Under the pieces are notes generated by a model. That model worked only from the letters and a program-made list of their open reading frames with translations. It was not told the origin of the DNA and made no database searches. Source: Copranaerobaculum intestinale (lineage in GTDB: Bacteria; Bacillota_I; Bacilli_A; Erysipelotrichales; Erysipelotrichaceae). From it: a stretch of 32,000 nt of DNA. The stretch's first letter is position 1, and each line of letters starts with the position of its first letter. The stretch spans positions 720,001 to 752,000 of the forward strand of contig NZ_WUUQ01000001.1 in assembly GCF_009831105.1 (NCBI RefSeq), given 5' to 3'. Position numbers and translations under genes: made by a program. Shown piece by piece: positions 16,361-24,669 of the stretch.

Positions 16361-17314
16361 ATGGATCAAAAATTGCGTCAAATCTATATTGATGACCTAG
16401 GCTGCCGTTTTTATGCAAAACAGAAAGCAGCGGTAAGAGAATCGCTGGTGGAAGAGTTTGAAGAACTCGGATACAGCTCTCAGGTACAAAGTAAACGAAA
16501 TTTAATTTTAAAAGCACATAATCTGATTTTTGGAAATTTGAAATCGACCCGCTATGTGGTAATGGTGCCTTATGATACACCAGGACGTATTTTCTGGCTT
16601 AAGCTGCATTATTATCCGTTGGATGGAACCAAAAGCTCCGCAAAAGCGACAATTCCGCAATACGGTCCGGTGATCATCTTTTATTTTCTGTTTTTGGGAT
16701 TGCTGTATGTATTGCCTGCCTTGGCCTTGAACGCCTATGCTTACCTGACGCTGAGCGGTGTTTCAGTCATCATCTTCATCATGATCTTTATTCTGTTGTT
16801 TCGCGGGGTTCCCAATAAGCATAATGCGAACCGTAATACATCGGGCATGCTGGCCGCGATCGAGCTGGCGCGTTCCTTAACAAAGGAGCAGCGCCGCCAG
16901 GTGGCATTCGTATTCACGGATCGTAATGATGGACGGCACTTCGGTTCTAAGCTGGTTGCCGATGCGTTAAAGGAAGTGAATAAGAATCCGATGATCATTT
17001 TGCTGAACTGTATCGGCAAGGGTGAAAAGCTGGTGCTCGGCGCAACCAATGGCAATAAGAAGACCGCTGCCGAGATCATGAAGAAATACAAAGGCGAACA
17101 GAAACCAAGCGTATCGGTTTTAACATCCGATATGCAGGTACAGTCTCCAATGGGTTATTTTACGAAAGGAATTTCGATTGCCAGAGGTGATATTGACAAC
17201 AAAGGCAGCTTGGTCGTCGAACATACTTGTACGAAAAAGGATACGGAAATCAGTGAAGAAGGTATTGATCAGATTGTTTCCATGTTACAAAATTACTTCA
17301 ATACACTAAAATAA
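16361..17314 (+). CDS. Membrane protein with a degenerate M28 (Zn-aminopeptidase)-like scaffold; function unknown
   Basis: 317 aa with an AGGAGG RBS 10 nt after the PHP stop. A two-TM hairpin (about residues 100-150) is inserted into a soluble fold. NRNTSGMLAAIELARSL and VAFVFTDRNDGRHFGSKL resemble the M28 blocks DNASG..LE.AR and F.F..EE.GL.GS, but with the metal ligands replaced. This assignment is tentative. Confidence 0.55.
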   Translation: MDQKLRQIYIDDLGCRFYAKQKAAVRESLVEEFEELGYSSQVQSKRNLILKAHNLIFGNLKSTRYVVMVPYDTPGRIFWLKLHYYPLDGTKSSAKATIPQYGPVIIFYFLFLGLLYVLPALALNAYAYLTLSGVSVIIFIMIFILLFRGVPNKHNANRNTSGMLAAIELARSLTKEQRRQVAFVFTDRNDGRHFGSKLVADALKEVNKNPMIILLNCIGKGEKLVLGATNGNKKTAAEIMKKYKGEQKPSVSVLTSDMQVQSPMGYFTKGISIARGDIDNKGSLVVEHTCTKKDTEISEEGIDQIVSMLQNYFNTLK

Positions 17315-17328
17315 GGGGATGTGGTATT

Positions 17329-18867
17329 TTGTTGAAAAGGTTACTGAGCTTTTTTAAAAGCAAACCATTCATCGTAGGATTTTTAATATTTATTCAGCTC
17401 GCTGTGATTCTGGGACTGGTTCTCACCTTGAGCGAGCACTTTTTTGCGGTTTATCTGTTTCTGTTATGTCTGAGTGTTCTTATGAGTATTTACATCCTCA
17501 ACAAGAATGATAATCCGACTTATAAGATGGCCTGGATCATCGCCATAGTCGCTTTGCCGATCTTTGGCGGACTGATTTATCTGTTGTTTGGGGGACAAAA
17601 GGTACCGAAAGCGCTGAGAAAGCGTGATCATGATTCACAAGAAGAGCTGTCCGGCATATTTGCCCAAGAAGAGGATATTCTTCATGAACTGGAAGCGCAT
17701 GATCCCATCGCCCATAAGCAGGCCAATTACATATGGAAGAATGCCGATTTCCCGATCTATCAGCATACCCGTACGACTTTCTTCCCGATTGGTGAAGCGA
17801 AGTTTGAGGAAATGGTGAAACAGCTAAGAAAAGCGAAGCATTATATATTTTTAGAATATTTCATCATTGAAGAAGGAGTCATGTGGAATACAATACTTGA
17901 TATTTTGATCGAGAAAGTACGCGAAGGCGTTGATGTGCGGGTATTATATGATGATGCCGGCTGTATTTCTAAATTGCCGGATAAATATTATTTAAAGCTT
18001 CGCTCCCTCGGTATTAAAGCGAAGGTGTTCAATCCGATCGAACCGCGCCTGGCGATGCAGATGAACAATCGTGATCACCGCAAGATTCTCGTAATCGATG
18101 GTGTTGTAGGTATGACCGGCGGCATCAACCTGGCAGATGAGTACATCAATGTACGTTCTCGTTTCGGGCACTGGAAGGACTGTTCCGTGATGCTGGAAGG
18201 GGCTGCGGTGTGGAACTTTACCCTGATGTTTTTACAATTCTGGAACTACGATGAAAAAATCAAGGATAATTTTCTGGACTATCAGATTGATCCGAAGGAA
18301 TTTGAATCCATTGAAAATGACGGATATGTTCAACCGTTTTCCGACAGTCCTACGGATGATGAACACGTCGGTGAGTATACCCATATCAATATGATCAACG
18401 GGGCAAATCGATATGTCTATATCCAAACGCCGTATCTGGTGCTCGATCAGGAAATGAAGACTTCGTTAATTCTGGCGGCTAAGAATGGGATTGATGTGCG
18501 TATCATGGTTCCGCATATTCCCGATAAATGGTATGTATTTGCGGTCACGCAGTCCAATTATCGCGATTTGATCGAAAGCGGGGTTAAAATCTATGAATAC
18601 ACACCGGGATTTGTCCATGCCAAAACCTTTGTTGTCGATGATAAAATGGCGATTGTCGGTACGGTCAATATGGATTATCGAAGCTATTATCTGCACTATG
18701 AAGACGGGGTTTGGTTCTATCGCAGTAAAGTTGTCTGTGATCTGAAGGAAGACTATCTGGATACCCTCAGCAAATGTCAGCGCATTACGATGGAGGACTG
18801 CAAGAAGGTTTCCTGGCCGCGGCGTCTGCTTCAGGGTGTATTGAATATTTTTTCACCTATGATGTAG
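17329..18867 (+). CDS. cls: Cardiolipin synthase (phospholipase D superfamily, two HKD motifs)
   Basis: Two N-terminal TMs, then HRKILVIDG and HAKTFVVDD HKD motifs. 512 aa. TTG start with AAGGGG 10 nt upstream. Confidence 0.92.
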   Translation: MLKRLLSFFKSKPFIVGFLIFIQLAVILGLVLTLSEHFFAVYLFLLCLSVLMSIYILNKNDNPTYKMAWIIAIVALPIFGGLIYLLFGGQKVPKALRKRDHDSQEELSGIFAQEEDILHELEAHDPIAHKQANYIWKNADFPIYQHTRTTFFPIGEAKFEEMVKQLRKAKHYIFLEYFIIEEGVMWNTILDILIEKVREGVDVRVLYDDAGCISKLPDKYYLKLRSLGIKAKVFNPIEPRLAMQMNNRDHRKILVIDGVVGMTGGINLADEYINVRSRFGHWKDCSVMLEGAAVWNFTLMFLQFWNYDEKIKDNFLDYQIDPKEFESIENDGYVQPFSDSPTDDEHVGEYTHINMINGANRYVYIQTPYLVLDQEMKTSLILAAKNGIDVRIMVPHIPDKWYVFAVTQSNYRDLIESGVKIYEYTPGFVHAKTFVVDDKMAIVGTVNMDYRSYYLHYEDGVWFYRSKVVCDLKEDYLDTLSKCQRITMEDCKKVSWPRRLLQGVLNIFSPMM

Positions 18868-18892
18868 GAAATATATTTCCTGCATCTTTTTT
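18866..18892 (+). terminator. Probable terminator after cls
   Basis: AGGAAA-TATA-TTTCCT hairpin overlapping the stop codon. The T6 run begins 5 nt after the stem, which is a weaker geometry. Confidence 0.5.
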
Positions 18893-18958
18893 GTATTTGA
18901 AAAACAGCGATTGACTCGATTTTCTTTACCATTGAGCAGATTGCGGTTGCTTGTGATA

Positions 18959-18984
18959 CAATGGTTTATATTGTTAAACGATTG
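18959..18984. promoter_or_regulatory. Imperfect inverted repeat CAATGGTTTA-N6-TAAACGATTG; candidate ArsR-family operator
   Basis: 9 of 10 positions are complementary. It overlaps an extended -10 (TGATACAAT, 18954-18962) and ends just before the GGAGG RBS of the ArsR gene. Confidence 0.4.
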
Positions 18985-18994
18985 GAGGATGCAT

Positions 18995-19381
18995 ATGAAT
19001 TTAGATCAGGATGTTGAGTGTCTTTCCACGGAGATAAAAGCCTGCCAGAAAATCCTGACGGCGATCGGAGATGAAACCCGTCAGCATATTATACTGGTAA
19101 TGATGCAGACAAAGGGTTGTTTTGGTCTGCGGGTCAATGATATCGCTGAAAATACCAATCTTTCCCGACCTGCGGTATCGCATCATCTTCAAATTTTAAA
19201 AAAGGCGGGCATCATCAAAATGCGAAGGGAAGCGACCAAAAACTATTATTATTTTGACGCGGACATGGAATCGTTTGATCATCTGATACAAATGCTGAAC
19301 CATGCAAAGGATATTATGATGAAACTGCCGGATCGGCAAACTATCATGAATAAACGATCATTCAGCAGAAAACAATCATGA
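18995..19381 (+). CDS. ArsR/SmtB-family transcriptional regulator
   Basis: HTH block LRVNDIAENTNLSRPAVSHHLQILKKAGII. I prefer the start at 18995 (GGAGG at 18985-18989). The longer 18911 ORF would run through the promoter. Confidence 0.85.
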   Translation: MNLDQDVECLSTEIKACQKILTAIGDETRQHIILVMMQTKGCFGLRVNDIAENTNLSRPAVSHHLQILKKAGIIKMRREATKNYYYFDADMESFDHLIQMLNHAKDIMMKLPDRQTIMNKRSFSRKQS

Positions 19382-19410
19382 AATACAATCAGTAAACAGG
19401 AGGAGAAAAT

Positions 19411-20073
19411 ATGAATATTATGGAAGCCGTCAAGATGCGTCATTCAGTGCGCGCTTATACAGATCAGCGAATTGAGGGCGCTGTGTGCAGTGAACTGCAA
19501 TCCTATATCAATCAATGTAATTGCGAAAGCGGTCTGCATATGCAGTTGATTCTCGATGAGGATATCGCTTTCAGTGGGCGCATGGCACATTATGGGAAAT
19601 TTTCTGGTGTGCGTAATTACATTGCGGTCATCGGTAAAAAGGGCCGTGATGAGGATTGTGGATATTATGGTGAAAAGGTCGTATTGAGGGCACAACAGCT
19701 CGGGTTGAATACATGCTGGGTCGGGTTGACCTATAAAAGGGTGAAATCTGCCTATGAAATCGGTGAGGGTGAAAAGCTGCATCTCGTGATTGCGATCGGG
19801 TATGGAGCCGAGCAGGGCAAAGCACATGTATCAAAGCCGAAGGAAAAGGTTACAGATAACTGGGATCAAAAGCCTGATTGGTTTCAACAGGGGGTTGTCT
19901 GTGCACTGCTGGCACCAACTGCGCTGAATCAGCAAAAATTCCGTTTTTCACTTCATGGAAATCATGTTCAGGCAAAAGCAGGGATCGGATCCTATTCAAA
20001 GGTCGATCTGGGCATAGCAAAATGTCATTTTGAGATCGGAGCGGGTAACGAAAACTTTGAATGGCAGAGATAA
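19411..20073 (+). CDS. Nitroreductase-family (FMN-dependent) oxidoreductase
   Basis: N-terminal EAVKMRHSVRAYTDQ (RxSxR FMN motif). 220 aa. AGGAGG RBS. Starts 29 nt after the ArsR gene. Confidence 0.88.
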   Translation: MNIMEAVKMRHSVRAYTDQRIEGAVCSELQSYINQCNCESGLHMQLILDEDIAFSGRMAHYGKFSGVRNYIAVIGKKGRDEDCGYYGEKVVLRAQQLGLNTCWVGLTYKRVKSAYEIGEGEKLHLVIAIGYGAEQGKAHVSKPKEKVTDNWDQKPDWFQQGVVCALLAPTALNQQKFRFSLHGNHVQAKAGIGSYSKVDLGIAKCHFEIGAGNENFEWQR

Positions 20074-20237
20074 AGATGATTCATTGACTAGATCATGATC
20101 ACCGCAAACATGATGTTGCTATTGGCTTTGATAAAATCAAATACTTACTGCCGATTTTCATGTTTATCATTTCTTTATTTATATACTTTATTCATCATAG
20201 GAACATGCTGTTAAAGGATATGGGAAACGATATCCGG

Positions 20238-20270
20238 GGAAGTTTGGCGTGATACAAACTTCCTTTTTTT
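20238..20270 (+). terminator. Rho-independent terminator in a non-coding stretch, about 165 nt downstream of the nitroreductase gene
   Basis: GGAAGTTTG-gcgtgata-CAAACTTCC followed by TTTTTTT. A second hairpin, GGATAT..ATATCC, precedes it at 20216-20235. Confidence 0.75.
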
Positions 20271-20511
20271 GTGATACATGACGCTAAATATTGAAGCTGT
20301 ATCGTTAGAAAATTTTATGCTTTGTTTTACAGCATTGTCTCACTAGAAGTGTTCAAGCAAGTGTATTAAAAGCTAACCAGTCAGCGCTGATAAGGAAAAT
20401 TCTGAGTTGAATCGCAAACTGGACGATTTATTGATAAAGCGAAAAGCATTAGGTAAAACTTTACGAAAATAATAAAGAATAGTATAATTAATCAGTCTTG
20501 AGGTGAAAAAA

Positions 20512-21372
20512 ATGACGAAGAAAATCGGTTTGATTTGTGAAGGGGGAGGAACCAAGGCAGCTTATACATCTGGTGTGCTGCAGTGTTTCCTCGATGAAAA
20601 TATCAATTTTCCTTACTGTGTGGGCATTAGTGCCGGAGCGGAAAACCTGCTTCCGTTTGTATCTAAGCAGCGGGAACGTCTGCGGGTTACCGGAGTAGAT
20701 GCCGCATCGAATAAAAAGAATATGGGATTATCTCCAATCCTCCATGAGCGCGGACTGTTCGGTATTAATTTTGTATGTGAGTTCATAGAAAAGAATGCAC
20801 CGTTGGATTATGATGCGTTCATGAAAAATGCGACGAAGCTGGATATAGGCTTATATAATATGAAGACGAATCAGATCGAATATTTTGATAAATCCTATTT
20901 TGATCCTAAGGAACAGACATTGGTGAAGGCTGCCTGTGCGCTGTTTTTATTGTGCCGTCCTTATAAGTTTAACGGCGGTACGTATATGGATGCCGGATTG
21001 ATTGACATGATTCCAATCGAGCAGAGCATCCGTCAGGGAATGGGAAAGCATATTTTTATTTCTACAAAGGAAGAAAATTACGTGCGCAAACCGGCTCCAG
21101 GCTGGCAGCTAAAAGCCGCAAGTATTGTTTACCCGGGAAATAAAGAGGTGCGCAACAATTTGAAAATCAGACATTTGAATTATCAGAAACAATGGCGGAT
21201 CGTACAGGAACTGGAAGCGCAGGGCAAGGCTCTGGTACTTCGTCCAAGTGCCGACTACGGCATTACTCGTTATACGCAGGATCGAGAAAAGCTGCAGAGC
21301 TGGTTTGACCTCGGTTATACCGATACAAAAGATAAAATCCACCAAATCAAAACCTTTATGGAAATGGAATAA
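20512..21372 (+). CDS. Patatin-like phospholipase family protein
   Basis: Oxyanion loop CEGGGTKAAYTSGVL, nucleophile elbow GISAGA (GxSxG) and catalytic Asp in YMDAGL. I prefer the ATG at 20512 (GAGGTG at 20500-20505) over the GTG at 20503. Confidence 0.88.
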   Translation: MTKKIGLICEGGGTKAAYTSGVLQCFLDENINFPYCVGISAGAENLLPFVSKQRERLRVTGVDAASNKKNMGLSPILHERGLFGINFVCEFIEKNAPLDYDAFMKNATKLDIGLYNMKTNQIEYFDKSYFDPKEQTLVKAACALFLLCRPYKFNGGTYMDAGLIDMIPIEQSIRQGMGKHIFISTKEENYVRKPAPGWQLKAASIVYPGNKEVRNNLKIRHLNYQKQWRIVQELEAQGKALVLRPSADYGITRYTQDREKLQSWFDLGYTDTKDKIHQIKTFMEME

Positions 21373-21380
21373 CTAAGAGA

Positions 21381-21409
21381 GCCTTTGCTTATGAAAGCAA
21401 GGCTTTTTT
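21381..21409 (+). terminator. Rho-independent terminator after the patatin gene
   Basis: GCCTTTGCTT-atga-AAGCAAGGC (one bulge) followed by TTTTTT. Confidence 0.75.
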
Positions 21410-21603
21410 AGTATCAATGAGAATAGCAATTTGTTTATGTATCATGATTGATTGGTAAAAATATGAAAGGTATACTGATATAGGTGAGAAAGATGCTTCC
21501 TTAAGGTTCATGAAAAAGAATCTGCACACTTGCGGTGAAAATTCTGAAAATAGAATGGATCGTTGGGCTATGAATAAATGAAGGGTAATAGAATGAAATA
21601 CAA

Positions 21604-21643
21604 CAAAAAAGCGTATTCTTTGAAGTATTATCAGAGTACGCTT
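21604..21643 (-). terminator. Possible terminator of the minus-strand methyltransferase gene
   Basis: On the minus strand: AAGCGTA...(large 21-nt loop with internal TCT/AGA pairing)...TACGCTT followed by TTTTTT. It lies about 60 nt past the stop codon. Confidence 0.45.
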
Positions 21644-21701
21644 ATTGGTGCGAAATTATGAGAAGGGTATATGCAAATAACCGCAGAAAGCAAAACAGAT
21701 T

Positions 21702-22577
21702 TTATTGGGATACCCAGCGCCCGTAGATACCGCAGGGCAGCGTCAGGTTGCTGCGGCTGATTGGCAGACCGATTTCGCCGGTTTCAATGCGTCCCTTAGG
21801 ATGCTTCTGCAGAACGCTCTCACTGAGGATATTATAAAGTGAGGTCAACGGGAATCCGGTTGTATATGCATTGACTAAGAAAAAGAGCGGGTCATCATCC
21901 AGAATATCCAAACATGCAAAGATAAGCGGATACAGCTGTTCTTCGATTTTCCAGATTTCCCCCTGCGGTCCGCGTCCATAGCTAGGCGGATCCATAATGA
22001 TAGCGTGGTAAGTGCGGCCCCGGCGTTTTTCTCTAGCTACGAATTTCAGTACATCATCAACAATAAAACGAATTTTATGATCTTGCAGATGAGAAAGTTC
22101 CATATTTTCTTTGGCCCAGTTCACCATACCCTTACTGGCATCGACATGAACGACTTCCTCAGCTCCGGCACTGGCACAAGCCATGGTTGCACCTCCGGTA
22201 TAAGCAAACAGATTTAGTACGCGAACCGGATGGTCACAATCCTGAATTTTTTTCATCATGAAGTCCCAATTAGCTGCCTGCTCCGGAAACAGGCCGGTAT
22301 GCTTAAAGCCGGTCGGGGAAACTTTGAAGCGCAGCTGTTTATAAGAAATCACCCAGCTGTCTTTTACCTTCTGTTTGTATTCCCACGCTCCGCCGCCTTT
22401 ATTAGAACGATGGTAGTGTGCGTGCGGCTGAATCCATTCATGATCTTCCTTACGGATCGGCCAAAGCACTGCCGGATCAGGACGGCGCAAAATAACATCC
22501 TTCCATCGTTCCAATTTTTCTCCGCTTCCGGCATCGATGCATTCATAATCTTTCCATTGGTCGGCTATCTGATTCAT
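21702..22577 (-). CDS. Class I SAM-dependent methyltransferase (RlmI/RlmK C-terminal-like, probable RNA methyltransferase)
   Basis: SAM motif I VLNLFAYTGGATMACASAG, acidic VHVDAS, and motif IV IIMDPPSYG. 291 aa. GAGGAGG RBS on the minus strand. Confidence 0.85.
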   Translation of the reverse strand: MNQIADQWKDYECIDAGSGEKLERWKDVILRRPDPAVLWPIRKEDHEWIQPHAHYHRSNKGGGAWEYKQKVKDSWVISYKQLRFKVSPTGFKHTGLFPEQAANWDFMMKKIQDCDHPVRVLNLFAYTGGATMACASAGAEEVVHVDASKGMVNWAKENMELSHLQDHKIRFIVDDVLKFVAREKRRGRTYHAIIMDPPSYGRGPQGEIWKIEEQLYPLIFACLDILDDDPLFFLVNAYTTGFPLTSLYNILSESVLQKHPKGRIETGEIGLPISRSNLTLPCGIYGRWVSQ

Positions 22578-22811
22578 ATGTATCCTCCTCGTGTTTGTCT
22601 ATTATATCATATATCGCTTGCTTCCTGTATACTTGCTTGATAAAGCTATCTCATAGAATAATGAACGGATGATACGAACTTGTATCAAGATATAAAAAAT
22701 AGTGAATAGTACTTTTTATAGTGATCAAAGAATACGGTATCGAAAGAAGTTTTCAGTCTTTCATGTCCAAACTGTGTTACAATAATGGCAATATAAGCAA
22801 GGAGGTACATT

Positions 22812-23969
22812 ATGATTAATCGTTTAATTGATGACTGTTTTTTAAGTGAACTGACAACCGTGGTCGAAGAAGTCGTTCCTGAAAATGGTTATTTCTGGCA
22901 TCATCTGAAAGAAACGATCTTCTTTGTGGAAAAAGGCGGAATGACAAGTGATATCGGTGTAATCAACAACCATGAAGTGCTTGCCTTAAAAGAGGAAGGC
23001 GGAAAGGTCTGGCATCTTCTGGACTGTAAGCTGGAGGGGCCGGTTCGTTTGTCGATCAATTTACATGAGCGGTTTCGCAAATGTCAGGTGCATACTGCAC
23101 AGCATTTGATATCCGCTTTGTTAAGCAATGTCTATAAAGTGCATACGCTTTCTCATCACGTCAGCGATGAAGAAAACGATATTGAATTTGATTTTTCAAC
23201 ATTTACTGAGAAACAGCTTTCAGAGCTGCAAATTCTCTGCAACGGGCTGGTGCGCGATGATCTTCCGGTAACCATCAGCTATCCCTCAAGAGCTGAGGCA
23301 AGCCAGTATGCACCGGCTGACCGTTTGAATCATGAAGATCTGCGCGTGGTTAGAATCGGTACGCTGGACTATAACTTGTGCGGATGCATGCATGTGCCAA
23401 GTCTGCGTTATATTCAGTTGATCAAAATTCTGCGCTTTGAGAAAACTGCCAAGGGTTATAAGATCTTTTATATTTGCGGTGATCAGCTGCTGGATTGCCT
23501 GCAGCGACGCTACGAGGTTTTGGATGAGGCATCTTCCACGCTGGCCTTGTCCCATTTGTATATTAATACCGGCATTCATAAGCTGCTGAACGAGGTGAAG
23601 AATCTAACTCGCGATCAGGTCATATGGAAACAAAAATATTATGTATGTAAGAGCAAAGAGCTTTGTGAAACAACTGAGCCGGTAATCATATATGCATTTG
23701 ATGATATTGATGTAAAATCACTGACTCAGCTTGCTCAATATACAATCGGTCATTACGAAAAAGCAATTGTATTCATTGCCAAAATATTTGATGAGAGCCG
23801 CATTGTCATAGCCCGAAATCAGAATGTTGAGTTTGATGTAAAGGGTTTGTTTAATAAGCTCTGTGATAAATTTCAACTGAAGGGCGGAGGAAATGATCAA
23901 ATGTGCTGCGGCGGAGGCAAGTATGAAGAAAATATCGTAAATTATGTTAAAAGCTTAATTGAAGCGTAA
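22812..23969 (+). CDS. AlaX-L-like alanyl-tRNA editing protein (tRNA_SAD editing domain plus DHHA1-like C-terminus)
   Basis: Zn motifs HTAQHLIS (HxxxH) and CGCMHV (CxxxH). C-terminal GGGNDQMCCGGG resembles the AlaRS/AlaX C-terminal GGG block. AGGAGG RBS and an extended -10 TGTTACAAT upstream. Confidence 0.8.
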   Translation: MINRLIDDCFLSELTTVVEEVVPENGYFWHHLKETIFFVEKGGMTSDIGVINNHEVLALKEEGGKVWHLLDCKLEGPVRLSINLHERFRKCQVHTAQHLISALLSNVYKVHTLSHHVSDEENDIEFDFSTFTEKQLSELQILCNGLVRDDLPVTISYPSRAEASQYAPADRLNHEDLRVVRIGTLDYNLCGCMHVPSLRYIQLIKILRFEKTAKGYKIFYICGDQLLDCLQRRYEVLDEASSTLALSHLYINTGIHKLLNEVKNLTRDQVIWKQKYYVCKSKELCETTEPVIIYAFDDIDVKSLTQLAQYTIGHYEKAIVFIAKIFDESRIVIARNQNVEFDVKGLFNKLCDKFQLKGGGNDQMCCGGGKYEENIVNYVKSLIEA

Positions 23970-24020
23970 TTCAATAAAAAATATGATATACTGTTTCTGT
24001 TATTTGTGCAGGAGGATTTT

Positions 24021-24620
24021 ATGAAATTATCCAAGAAGTTCATGATCGTTTGCGCTGTGAGTTTGCTGGCATTAGGCGGCTGCGGCAAAGATGAAAAAGA
24101 TGAAGCTCCAAAAGAAAAAATAAAGATCGTGGAGAATAGTGTGTATGAAACTCCGAAAAAGCCGACTGAGGAAATGAAGAAAGTATACAATCAGCTTTCT
24201 AAAGCTTTAGACGGAAGTGATGAAGCGAAAAAGGCTGAGCTTGCCGGTGTTAATTTTGCTTATCAGTTCTTTACTTTGTCTAATAAGTCTGGCAATGAAG
24301 ATGTCGGGGGACTTACCTTTATCCCGGAGGCTTCCCGTGAAGAGTTCAAGCAGTTTGCGGTATCTTATTATTATGGAAACTACAAAACGGTCGTGAATCA
24401 ATATGGTAAGGATTCGCTGCCCTATGTGAAAAAACACAGTGTTACCAAAGTGGAAGCAACTCAGCTGATCTATAACGATCAGACCTATGACGGTTATTAT
24501 GTAAAGCTAAAGCTTACATATAAGAGCGGTGAATTAAAAGAGAAACAGTTAAAAACGACGATGACGCTTCAGGTCATTCCGGATGAAAACGGGGTCTGGC
24601 GCGTAATTGCGGCTGAATAA
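24021..24620 (+). CDS. Lipoprotein, function unknown (NTF2-like fold guess)
   Basis: Signal peptide with lipobox LLALGGC. I prefer the ATG at 24021 (AGGAGG at 24010-24015) over the upstream 24006 ORF start. Confidence 0.8.
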   Translation: MKLSKKFMIVCAVSLLALGGCGKDEKDEAPKEKIKIVENSVYETPKKPTEEMKKVYNQLSKALDGSDEAKKAELAGVNFAYQFFTLSNKSGNEDVGGLTFIPEASREEFKQFAVSYYYGNYKTVVNQYGKDSLPYVKKHSVTKVEATQLIYNDQTYDGYYVKLKLTYKSGELKEKQLKTTMTLQVIPDENGVWRVIAAE

Positions 24621-24626
24621 TGACGT

Positions 24627-24652
24627 AAAATGCTGCTAAGCAGCATTTTTTT
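24627..24652 (+). terminator. Rho-independent terminator between the lipoprotein gene and the downstream unknown gene
   Basis: AAATGCTGC-taa-GCAGCATTT followed by a T-run. It ends 4 nt before the AAGGAGG RBS (24657-24663) of the next gene. Confidence 0.75.
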
Positions 24653-24669
24653 AACCAAGGAGGTTAGGT

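Noticed and set aside
20095-20214. A hydrophobic mini-ORF of 34-39 codons (..MMLLLALIKSNTYCRFSCLSFLYLYTLFIIGTCC) followed by a terminator, considered as a possible type I toxin or small membrane protein.
   Set aside because: There is no Shine-Dalgarno sequence or promoter-like element upstream, and no obvious antisense RNA partner. The composition is consistent with an AT-rich non-coding or decayed sequence.
20512-21372. The patatin-like phospholipase as a CBASS CapV-type defence effector.
   Set aside because: No CD-NTase or cyclase, no E1/E2/JAB accessory, and no other defence-type gene is adjacent. The flanks are non-coding. A stand-alone patatin protein of about 290 aa is a common housekeeping-type family in Bacillota. 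A decayed former system cannot be excluded, but there is no evidence for one.
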